From positions 186,001 to 250,000 of the forward strand of contig JALMLS010000562.1 in the NCBI GenBank assembly GCA_038496445.1: a DNA stretch of 64,000 bases, in the 5' to 3' direction. Below are positions 19,348 through 30,721 of this stretch, piece by piece. The position numbers and the translations under genes are program-made. Under the pieces are notes generated by a model. The model worked only from the letters and a program-made list of their open reading frames with translations, made no database searches and was not told the DNA's origin. This DNA comes from Trichosphaerium sp. ATCC 40318. Lineage: Eukaryota; Protista; Tubulinea. Every line of letters begins with the position of its first letter. Positions within the stretch are counted from its first letter, which is position 1.

Positions 19348-21296
19348 ATGTCAACCAAGGAAGATGAAGCAAGAAGGCAGCGAGTACGAGAAAGGAGACG
19401 CCTAAGGCAAATGAAAGCCAACGCAGCGATAACAGAGACGAACGAGGCACCAACTGAAGATAAAGGCGAGGAAAACGCTACAACAGGTAAACGGCAAATA
19501 ATTTTGTACTACAAAACAAGCAAATACACGCGTGTACTTTTGTTAATTGGACTTGTAGACGAAGCAGTACCCGAACAAACTACAACTACAGATGAAAAGA
19601 GCTATGGCGACTCACAAACATCATACGATGATCCACAAGACCTTTTCACATTACTAGCGGCAGCACCAAAAAAACAGGTTTAAATTCTGTTAAAGGTTGC
19701 CTGAACTGACATTTTTACAAACTACAGGTCAACAGTGAACCTACAGAAGAGCAACGCGCATCTCAACCTTCAACAGATACAAGTCAACATGTGGAAGAAG
19801 CTCATCCAGAAGTTGTAGAAGTTGTTGAAGAACAAGAAGTAGCATCTAATTCATCGGGTGATCCACCTGATCACTTACCTTCAACAAGCTCCAGTCTGTC
19901 AGATTTTATGAATTTCGATTTGGACGATATTTTGGGCACGGTTTTTCTTTGCACTGACACTTTTGTTGATTTTGTTATTACAGCTGATTGTGGTGATATG
20001 CCAGCTGCACCTGTGGTCTCGCCTTCAGCTGACGAATCTGATGGTTCTACTGATATATTGGTAGATAGCACACAGCCAACTAGACACTCTCTAGGCATGT
20101 CACAAGTATGCCAGTTCTCTACGGTGTCACACTTATTGATGATCATTAGGCTACGCCTTCCTACAATACCAACCAATATGTTGCACCGAGGCTACGTACT
20201 CAGTTACATAGTGAAGAAATAGAAGAGGAGGAAGATGACGTTACTCTTACACTACAAGAGCTGACAAAGGAGGTTATGAGAATGAAAAGAAATCAAGTTG
20301 CTTTGGTTACGCTGATTAGAGAGCGCGTGCTTACTGGTGTACGCTCATAAATAAGAGTACTTGTACTAAAAAAAGTCAGGGCACTTTGGAAGAAGTTTTA
20401 CAGCGACATGATACTGATGAGATTAAACGGTATGCACAATTAGGCATTTTCACACAAGCAGAACTAGATAACGCATTGGTTAATGCAACACAAAACCAGC
20501 TTGACATGTTAGGTGCGTTTGAATTCGATGCCTGTGATATTCCCTAATAGTGCTTACCTTGTAGATACTGAGTACTTCGATTTCATGCTTAAGGTACCTT
20601 TTTTGCTTTACCCTTTGGCGGTACATAACTGAACCTAGGCTGGTGCCAATGTAAATGCAAGTCTTCCAGACGGAAAAACACCTCTATTTCGAGCTGCTGA
20701 GGAATTTGTCACAAGTACAATGCGGTTACTAATAGAACATGGTACAATTCTTTTGTTGGCAATTTTCCGGAAAGTTAAAACCACTAACCACAAAAAAGGT
20801 GCAAACGCACATCTACTTTCTGCAACAGGTATGACGCCTTTGTTGGGTGCATTATTTTCTCTTGTAGAAAACAAAAAGGAAAACCACGATATCCCACATC
20901 AAGGTGTGTTCAATACTTTAGCATGTTTATTAGCTCATTCTTGAACGCAGATGTTAAAGATGTGGTTGTTATGTTAATTCAAGCAAATGTTGCACTTGAC
21001 ACTCGTAGTTTGTCAGGTGCCACCGCTCTACACAAGGCCATTGAAGCTGAGGTAACGTAAAGTATGTCACATAACTGTTTTGACATGCGCGTAGAATTGG
21101 GAGGTGTGCAGATTATTAATTGATGCAGGTACGCTTAAATAGAAACTTTGTTGAATAGGAATTTGGCTAATTAATACAACCAGGCGCAAAATGCGACATT
21201 GAAAATAAGGATGGATTTACCGCACTACTATTGGCCGAAGACCACCATGAACTAAGCTTCATGTTTGCCAATACTAACTCTGGCACTGACTTGTAA
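19348..21296 (+). CDS. Ankyrin-repeat protein with acidic low-complexity N-terminus
   Basis: AGANVNASLPDGKTPLFRAA, GANAHLLSATGMTPLLGA, GATALHKAIE and GAKCDIENKDGFTAL. Confidence 0.8.
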
Positions 21297-21398
21297 AGCA
21301 AACTGTAAAAACAAAACTAAAAAATCAAATTCTATTTTATAACTCTATTTCATGTTTCTGCAGCTTCAGTGACTGATTGTAATTTGAATGTTTTATTC

Positions 21399-22536
21399 TT
21401 AAAATATAATATCATCACCATCATCTGGTAGCATTGATGGTGCCGCTTCATGAGCTATGAACTACTTAACCAAACCATAAAAAAAAAGTATATCCAACTT
21501 ACCACTACCACCACAAGCCTCATCCTTCTGGGCTTTACGTTTTTCCTTCTTGGCTTCAGCCTCTAGTTTCTTTTCCTTTACTTTCTTAAGGCGAAAAAAT
21601 TCTTCAATTTCTGTAATAAAATTGAGGACACAGTACGCGTTTATGAATGGACGTACCCATCTCATCCAACTCAGACATAATGTAGGCAATAGTATTCTCT
21701 ATTCTAGGGAGTACTACGTACTCTATAGCATTGACACGTCGATTTGTTAGTTTAATAACTTCATCGAGAGTAAGAAACGTTGTTTGAAGAGAAGCGAGCT
21801 CTACGAGCGCTACAAGAGCTTTGGTGTATGTCAAACGACACTTATTAATCTTTTGCCCTCCTTGACCAAGACCAGCCAAGTCCTTACCTGTTGGGATGCA
21901 TCAGGAACACAATAACAAAAGTGTTGCTTACTTTGTTTTGAGGCCTCATTGGCGGATACGAACGTTGGCAGGTGAACACCAACAATGTTTTCTGTCTCAG
22001 TTTTTACTTTGTACGTAGCAGTGTCTACACTCTCTATAACCATAGCACTACAAGGGTGAGAATGTTACTCGTCTACAATAAATAAAATCAATAGTAACGC
22101 ACGACATATTATCTCCTGCTACGAACTTAGCGGACGTTAAAGAAAACGAAGCGTCTTTCATTTGTTGACCCATTTGCTCTTTACGCTATGCAATTTATTT
22201 AGATCGCAGTGCCTTGAAGCGTGAACATTGCAAGGAATCTACCTCTTTGATTCTCGTGAGTATTGATCTGAACCTCATCATCAAAGCATCAGCCTTCTTT
22301 TTGAGCAAGCCATGGCCTTTTTTCGCTGCCTTGAACTTTATTTGAAGCATTTGAAGTCCCCTAACGCAGTAAGCACCACAAAAACCAAACAACTAAAAAA
22401 AAAGCGTTTTCCACTCGTAAACATTAAATTATAGGGTACAGAACCCCTACGCAAGTGTTAATTGTAAATGCTAGTTAAATAATCAGCGTCATTACATTCT
22501 AGTGGGAACCACATTCAAGCGTTCCTTGGTTGCCAT
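21399..22536 (-). CDS. ATP6V1D: V-type ATPase subunit D
   Basis: MATKERLNVVPTRM, AKKGHGLLKKKADAL and LVELASLQTTFLTLDEVIKLTNRRVNAIEYV. Confidence 0.95.
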
Positions 22537-22636
22537 CCTGTGCAGTAAGTTCTTTGACTGGGGTTGAAAAGCGCTGAAAGGCAAGTAAAAAAGGTTAAGT
22601 AAAAACTCCCTAGAAAATTCGATTGTAGAGCAAACC

Positions 22637-23974
22637 ATGCGACACGCACTGGTTGCCACTGTGGATAAAAGCGTTAGAGACGATGACACAGGCATTATAG
22701 AGGTTATTGATCATTCGTACTCAAGTGTCGAACCTCGTAAACGAGCAGGGCGTAGTAGAGCGCCTAGTTTTGAGGAAAATGAAGCCGGTGACGCAATTAC
22801 AAAAATTATTGAAGTGATAGAGGCAATTCACAAAGAAGACGCCTCAGGTTCAGAAACGCTACGAACGCTCTTAAACTACCTTTCCCTTTTTACAACGGGC
22901 AATTTAAACAAGTACGAAGAGCTCGCAAAATTACACAACGCCACCGGAGGAAGTTTTAGCTTGCATCCCGACGTAATAGAGTCCTTTATAAAAAAGACAA
23001 GCCATTTACGGAATAGCGCATCAGAATCTGTAGCTGCCCACTATTCAATGGTCTTTGCCTTACTGTTCTATCGCTGGGTGTGTAAACCAACTGCGCCATC
23101 AAAGATTTTGGGCAAAGTTTGGGAAACGTGGGTGCTGGGATGTAACAGACTAATGTGGATAGATTTAGAAAATCAAACACACAGGTTTGAGCCAATTTAT
23201 AGACAGTTGCATAAAACTCTAGATGACCTTCATCTCTTTGAGTCTACATACTTGCTACATAACGCACTGGATATAGCAAATATAGTGATGAAGTTCTACT
23301 TCCATTATCAAGATTCTGAGGTAAGTTAACACTCATTGTGATTACGCTTAATTTTTTTTTCTGTTTTGAATTGAAAATTTTTGTTTTTTTGAAAGTGTGC
23401 CAACAATTTTTAACTGAATTTTTTTACAAAAGGTCGATGTGGTAGAATACTTGAACAATGTTCAACAGAAGCTGGTTCAATTAAAAGATCATATCCGCCT
23501 TCCTCGTGACCACTCGAAAATAGTAACAACAAATATGTTTATAAACGAAATTTACAGAATTCTTCAAAACATCTCAAACGAAGCAGCACTTTTAAATTAC
23601 ATGGAGCGATTACGTAAATTAAAGGTACCCTCATTCGAAAGCAATATTAGTTTGAAGACTAATCACATCAATAGATAGAGAACCTTGGAAGAAAAACATC
23701 GCTGAGATTGTCCACTGTGCTTTTAGATTTATGGACGCCTGGCGCGCCACACTATCCAACAAGAACAGTCAGATACGCAGCACTCAAGACTTTAGATGAG
23801 CTTTTTCCTCAAGGATATTACTCACGACGTTTGGTTAATTATGGGTTCAGACTGCTTTCTCCTTTTAATGCTTTTCGATCTTTTTGGTTCACTTTTGTTT
23901 TAATTTTTATGTTATTTTGGAATAAGATATGTTGTTGTACTGGTAAAACGAGAAAGAAATCGAAAGAATTGTAA
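22637..23974 (+). CDS. Uncharacterised helical protein with C-terminal TM segment
   Basis: Three long in-frame exons joined by GT-AG introns. Ends FWFTFVLIFMLFWNKICCCTGKTRKKSKEL*. Confidence 0.7.
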
Positions 23975-24020
23975 AAAAAGAAAAAGAGACTATTATGGTC
24001 TTCATGTAAATACATTGTAT

Positions 24021-26579
24021 TCAAGCTTCAGCATTAAGGTCTCCTCGAACAATTTCTACTTTAGGAGCAAATTGCCATACAATATACTTGTTGTCTCCAT
24101 TGCCTGCAAACGCTGTTCGCATGTTAACATCCTCTCCTTGATTGTATAGAAGTGGTTGATGACTTTTCAAGAACTCATTTACAGTCACCTCCATACCAAG
24201 CTCAGGTATGCACACTCTGTAAATTTGCCTCGAAGCAGCTCTATGAAATTGGTCACTTCGTGGTTGGTAAGCCATAATAACAACTCCATCATAATTTCTA
24301 TCAACAACAATGACTGAGTTTTTCCATTGGTTCTCTAACGCACGTAATTAATAGGCGGCTTTGTAAAGTTACTTTGCGCTGAAACGTACCACAGACACGT
24401 TGAATATTGCGCACATGGCGATCTCGGACATCAAGCCAAGGAAGGGTATGTGAAAGCACAGCATTGCTGAAAGGATACTGAACATCACCTGCAGTGTTAA
24501 GCTGCTTATGCCTCATGTGTGCCTTGATATTTACGTGTGCCAAATAATCTGCAAAACGGCGAATAGGAGAAGTAACACGAACGTAATTCGGCAAATTCAT
24601 AGAATGATGCTTACTCACATCGTTGTCGTGACGTGCACGCCTTTAAAAAATACTAGTTAAACAACAGACGATCAAAGTTTAGCGTTAACGTACTGCATGT
24701 ATTGCATACTCATAGAGGAATAAACCCAAGGATGTTGATCAGTTGGAACCTTCTCGTAGCCTTCTAGAGGTTCATCTTGTACTCTGTATGGTACAGGAAC
24801 TTTATTACGCACTGCATAAGTTCCTGCAATCTCACCAGCAACTATCATCAATTCTTGAACAAGCAGTTGTGATAGAGGATAGGTTTCTGTGGTCAATGAA
24901 ACAGTGCCTTGCTCGTTTACAGTTACGCGATGTTTAGGCATGCGTGATTGCTCGGCTTCGTTTCTGAACTTTTTACGCAATTGCGCTACTTGTAGCATGT
25001 AATGAAGAGGTGTATCCTTCTTTTTTGTCAAAATATGTTCAACTTCTTTGTAGGTCATTCTTTTCACTCTAACCTTCGAGCTAGTTATTGCATACTCTTT
25101 AATAGAACCATCAGTATTCAACCGACCAAAGAAAGCAAACGAATTTGAGAAGCCGTTTTCGTCAGCTTTGTCCAATGAAACGGCCTCTACCAGAGCCTTA
25201 GGTAGCATAGGCACAGCACCATCAGGTTTGTAAACGGTTGATATACGGTTTTCACCAAGCCAACTGTCTTTGGGCTTCATTACGCGCTCTAAGTCTGCTA
25301 CGTGTATGTGTACCCAGAAATTACCGTGTTTGTCAAATCTACATCCTACGGCATCATCTACTTCTGATGTATCAGGAGAATCAATGGCGAAAACTGTTTC
25401 ATCAAGCTTGACACGTGGCAGTGGATCTGCTTTTTCATTCTTGTTAATTTCCGATAACATTCTTTCAGCTGTATCCTGCTCTGTTATTGTTGTAGGTGAC
25501 AGCGTAGCTGGTATAGGTCTAACAAGGTGGGGTGGTCCAGCCAAGAAGCTTTTTTGATTCTTCATCTCAATAGCTAGTGGTGGGTTACCTCCAGCAAGCT
25601 CTGGGTAAACTCCTATTTTGACTAGATTCTGGGAAGAAAAAAATAAGAAAATAAATGTAGCTAAATAGTACGTACTTCGAACAGATTGTCATAAAGCAAC
25701 CTCAGTGGTTTGAGTAATTTGCTGAAAATAACCCATGGTATTGTTTGGTTAGGATCAAGCTCTGCTACATACTTTAAGGTGTCAATATATACACGCATTT
25801 CTGGGTTAACTTTATTGCCAGAACGCCAATGACCTGGTTTTGAGCCTCTAAAGCGCCACCAACCAATAAATTTCTGTAATCCAGCGCTGTCATTCATTGC
25901 TTTCATAATCTGTAAGCGTCTTTGGCTCTCTTCACTGGACACAGGACACCATATGTCGCGCTCAGTCGGATTAAAGTATACCCAATTGTATGACATGATT
26001 CTATTTGACACAATACGCCTGTACCTAATTCAAAAGTGAGCGACCCAAACAGGTTTTGTTAACGCACGGGGAGGAAGTGCCACCCCAAATATGCTTCGCA
26101 ATGTCTTCAATATTATGAGCAGGTTTTGTTCTCAGAGCCTCCCAAAGATCTACTGGCTTTACAAACTGTGGAGGTTTTGGTAAACTTTTGAAATACCCTG
26201 CCAGGTCACTTGTCTACAAGAGAGATAAGCAAAGGACTAAAATGGTTCGAACTAACCTTATCAACGATTGCTGATTTATGCTTTACTGTAGAGTTGGTGT
26301 TTAAACTTAACTGTTTACCGTCAAATGCTACAAAGTGATGCCATGTATCGTCTGTTTCTATAACGCGTGCTAGTTTTCTGTGACAATTAACAATACATAG
26401 GTGATCAATATTACGCACTCGCGGTACGATTGATGGAACTGAGTCATTACAACAATTTCGTTTATCTTCGGTCTGCTTGTATCTTGAATAGGCAGCGTAT
26501 ATTTGGTTCTTACGCTACGTGCTTGTTCTCTACGCTGCGCAATAGCGCTTGTGCGTAGACGGCTGCCAATACGTAACAT
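24021..26579 (-). CDS. RNase II/RNB-family exoribonuclease, probably mitochondrial (Dss1-like)
   Basis: FAIDSPDTSEVDDA, VHIHVAD, STVYKPDGAVPMLP, LVQELMI and YVRVTSPIRRFADYLAH. Presequence-like MLRIGSRLRTSAIAQRR. Confidence 0.9.
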
Positions 26580-26713
26580 TGAGCTTCTACAAGTCTACTG
26601 ATGTGGCATAGCTCCGCGGTGTGGTCGCTGAGGCGATTTTGCAGTACAATGAAAAGGTAACTTAAACATGACTTACAAACTACAGCGCTGCGCACGCGTA
26701 CGCACAACGTGGC

Positions 26714-27316
26714 ATGTCAGCAAAGGCGTCACAAAATAATGGTGCTAAGGTTACGTTACACTCATCACACCAGTTACCAACAACGAAGTAGGGAAAGGAA
26801 GGGTATTTATGGAAACGAGGGCAGATAAATACAAATTGGAAAGAGCGTTGGTAAAAAAACCGCTAAAACGAGCTAAAAACTGTGAATTCTGCTAATAAAA
26901 CATGCAGGTGTAGTTTAAAAAAGGATAGATTAGCATACTACAAAAACCCAGAACAATCTAAATATCTGGACTACATACCGCTAGAACAGGCACTAGTGAG
27001 GGTACCAACGAATTCGCGGACACACTTGACACTTGTTACAGAAAGTAAACCCTGACGGCGATAAAAAGCATTGTTTTGACGTCGTAACCAAACACCGCGC
27101 TTACAGTCTTTGTGCAAACTCTCATGAGGCACGTGGTTATCATAGAAACATTTAACCAACTTTACAATAAAGGAAATGATAGATTGGATGAACTCTTTGG
27201 CCGTGTGTTCTTTGGTACACGTAGAAAACGATGTAATAAGCCAAGCAGAAGAGCGAATTTGCACTATTATGTACAACAAAAGCATACAGCTGGAAATGTC
27301 AGCTCAGCAAAAATGA
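26714..27316 (+). CDS. Small PH-domain protein
   Basis: Spliced KEGYLWKRGQINTNWKERWCSLKKDRLAYYK...IPL and a C-terminal helix with DWMNSL. Confidence 0.85.
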
Positions 27317-27549
27317 CAACCAACGTGCAACAACATAGAGCCCAGGCAAAACGATAGGACGTCGTGTCATTTTACGTTATGTAGCATGTATTTTAGTAAG
27401 GTGTACAAACCGAAAATAGACCAAATAAAAGCTCACCAAAGTAAAATTGTAACGACGCTGTAAATATTTGACCAAAACAAGAACATTGCCTTAAGTAGTG
27501 TACGTGCCTTAACATAACTTGTTTCGCTAATCTTTATCACAAGGACATC

Positions 27550-28569
27550 ATGCCTAAAGTCAGTTCGTTGCGTAGACGTACGTGCCATTTGGAGTATAAC
27601 TGGCCATGTTATGGCGTAGTTCCAGCGTTTTTCTCCTTGTTTGTGTCATCTCGTAGCTGATCGTTTTTCTAGGCTCCAAAGTATCAAAGACGCCCCTCCG
27701 TCCATATGAGAAGGAGCGACTCGACTCAGAAATGAAGCTTCTCGGTCAATACGGCCTAAAGAACAAAAGAGAGATCTGGCGTTTGCAATTAGCTCTTACT
27801 AAGATTCGTCAATCCGCTAGGTAACTAAATTGATTTTTACATCCCTAATACTTACGATCACTTAGAACTTTGCTTACTTTGCAAGAAGACAACCCACGCA
27901 GACAATTAGAGGTATGTTATCGCTCAGGATGTAATACAAGAAAAATTTTGTGTAATTGGCGATATCAGCACGAAATTACCGCTAGCGTTTAAAACGCGAA
28001 CACGCTGGCGCCTTGCCAAACTTTCTTTCGTTTTTCGCTTTTCGCGTCAATAGGCCCAAATCGTGGTTATTTTCACCACCAAAGCCTTTTTCGCTTCAAG
28101 TATTGATAAAACACTGCCTGTCATACAATTTTTTTGTACTATGATCACAAAATTAATAATTTTCTGTAGGGATCTGCTCTTATCCGCAGACTTCACCGTT
28201 ATGGAATCCTTGATGAAGACAGAGATCAATTAGATTACGTACTAGCCCTCAAAATTGAGAACTTGTTGGAGCGTCGCCTTCAAACACTCGTTGCCAAAAG
28301 ACACGCCAAATCGTTCCACCACGCGCGTTGCTTGGTTATCCAAAAACACATCAGGTACGCTAAATTAATGAGCTGTTAATAGAATTTTTTTTTTCTGACT
28401 CGTAAATTTTAGAGTTGGTAAACAAATTGTTGACGTACCATCATTTTTGGTCCGTGTTGACTCTGAGAAACACATTGATTACTCCCTAACCAGCTCCTTG
28501 TCTGGTGGACCACCTGGCCGTGTCAAGAAACGAAAACTTAAATCTGCTGGCGGCAATGATGAAGAGTAA
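27550..28569 (+). CDS. RPS9: 40S ribosomal protein S9 (uS4)
   Basis: [39 protein letters not shown] and [15 protein letters not shown]. Four introns; the third spans 27912-28169. Confidence 0.97.
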
Positions 28570-28759
28570 ACAAAATATATCAAAAAAACAAACTCCTTGT
28601 AATATTCACGCTTGATTCTCTCCCGCACTTTCTATGCGTGTAGATTTTATAAAGTACTGAGCGGACAAATTAGTTTGCTGTTACATTTATACTCCATAGC
28701 GACTTTGTTCAAGTGTTTGGTTTTTATTCAAATTTTTTCTGTGATTATGCTTGTGAGCG

Positions 28760-30121
28760 TTAATCCGCTGACACTACAGCCATTTTTATACCCTCTTTGC
28801 TCACGCTGTAATAATACGTGAGAGGACGGCTTAGTTAGTAACACTTGCCTGTACGTTGTGTAGAAGCGTCCATTGTACGCCATTGTGGTCGGATAGGAAT
28901 AACTACCGATCAAGTCTGGCTCCAGATAAGCGTAGTAGTTCCATGATTTCCCGTTGTCTTTTGATAAAGATAGCTCCAGTGGAGCGCGCTCTATAGTGGA
29001 TGGATTGTAAGCGAGCACGAGCTCCTTATTGTACGACATTAAGAAAATCTTAAGATAGAGTAAGTGGTAGTTTTGGGTTTAAAGCAAACCTTCGAATCCG
29101 GATTCAAAAGTAATAGCTCTGATGCTGGCGTCCACTTGTTACCATTGTCACTTGACGTACTATGCCAGATATGTCCCACTTTAGTACGAAACATTTGGTG
29201 TATAACGCCATCTGACGTTTGTGCTAGAGTGTTTTCTATCAACCACCCTGCCTGATCTTTTCTTAGTCTCAACAATAAAAAACTTTTAGAAGGTACCTTG
29301 TCCGAGTGAATACAATCACGAAGTGACCATGTTTTTCCGTTGTCATCTGATACAAGTACGTCAGAACACGGTAGTCCGGTGTCTGATACTTGGTGCTTCT
29401 CTTGCCAAAATGGTAATAACCAGCGCCCTTGACTAATGTCAGAGGTGCCTCATGTTTATAATTTTACCTGTGTTGGTTATTACGAGTTTGTTCGCTGTTA
29501 CTTTGGAGATATTGCCATGTTGATAGTATGTCAGAAGTGTAGTACGCTCATCCCAAGTGAGTCCAAAATCTTTTGAAGTTATGTATTTTATGTCGCCACC
29601 TGGCCATGATCTTCCAGGCTCTCTACGGTTAAACGGCCCTGATTCTGCAAAAAACAACCACAACACTTTCATTTTAGCGTCAAAATGCAGTACAGGTCCC
29701 CATAGAGCCTTTTGCAGTTGTTAGGAATAAAAACCTCTGATATGAGATACCTGAGGGCCATTTACGATAATTTTGGCATCACTCCACGTGTTTCCACCTA
29801 AAATAAGCGTTTTAAATCTTTTTTATAATTTTCAGTTATGTACCATCTTCTGATTTAGTAAAGTGAATTGCCTGGTCGTCAGCACCTAAAACAGTATGTA
29901 AAGCGTATCAACAATCTACTTTACAAACCTTCCTGGTCTTTACTAGCTTGGAAAGCCACCCAGAAAGTTCCATTTGGAGATGGCTCGATTGTGCTCATGT
30001 GACTGTAGCCAATTTCAGCCGTTTCGTTAAATATAAAATGATATTGCACTGGCACTGATAATGCGTTGCTGTGATAACATATATAAACAATTATTAAAAG
30101 AAGGTAAGCTGCCCTTGTCAT
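28760..30121 (-). CDS. Secreted BNR/Asp-box beta-propeller (sialidase-like)
   Basis: Signal peptide and five Asp boxes (SEDGGNTW, SKDFGLTW, SDDNGKTW, SSDNGNKW, SKDNGKSW), plus R.PL and YSYP motifs. The last intron is GC-AG. Confidence 0.85.
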
Positions 30122-30234
30122 TCTGTAATGTCAAAGTTCAAATTGGGAACGACTTTAAGTTGACTTTTGAGCACGAGTCTCAGAAATCAATCAAAAACAC
30201 TTTTTTACAAAAGACATGCTTTGTACAACTGCCC

Positions 30235-30281
30235 CACGTTATACGCTCTAGGTCAACTACATTATGTTCGCATTTTATTTA
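30235..30281 (+). promoter_or_regulatory. Candidate ncRNA upstream element + TATA-like box (copy 1)
   Basis: CACGttatACGctCTAGGtcAACTACAttATG...TTTATTTA, similar to 55395-55435. Both copies lie just upstream of structured intergenic DNA. Confidence 0.35.
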
Positions 30282-30297
30282 GAAACGCATGCATCTA

Positions 30298-30426
30298 GGG
30301 CCAGTAGAGTACTAACAAATATAGCTGAATGTCTTTGGATTGGCCTATGTCCTTGTGTTTGTACGAATGGCTTCGAGCCCGGATGCGCCGGCAGAAGAGG
30401 AGAGACCGCTCCAGCTCCCACTTTTT
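30298..30426 (+). ncRNA. Unassigned structured small RNA candidate (~130 nt, Pol III-like)
   Basis: GC-rich non-coding island with four hairpins, A-box-like TAGCTGAATG, B-box-like GGCTTCGAGCC and a T5 end. Confidence 0.45.
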
Positions 30427-30721
30427 GAAGAGTTGCAAAGACGCTTTTAAACTAGTTTTTCTCGCTTGAAAAAAAAAGTGGTTTTGTTAAATATGCTTGT
30501 AGACCGCGGCAGTGAACTTTAATATCAGTTTGCGTTGATTTTGTTTTTTGTATAGAAAAACTATCAATCAAAATATTAGTGATTGAAAACTCGCATCTTT
30601 TTGTTCAACACCGTTTGTTGCTTACTCACTGTTTTTTATTAATTAATGCTTTGTGGTTAGTTGCAAGCGTAAAACGTCGAGAATGTAACAAGTAGCATTC
30701 AAGTTTGTTGTTGATAATTTA

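Noticed and set aside
27912-28169. snoRNA in the RPS9 intron
   Set aside because: No paired C (RTGATGA) and D (CTGA) boxes, and no clear hairpin-H-hairpin-ACA layout. Not formally excluded without an Rfam scan.
30290-30430. U11 snRNA (minus strand begins AAAAAG), 5S rRNA (GTTAGTACT) or tRNA-Sec (GCCCGGATG)
   Set aside because: No Sm site or ATCAAGA loop for U11, wrong motif spacing for 5S, and no acceptor stem or TCA anticodon arm for tRNA-Sec.
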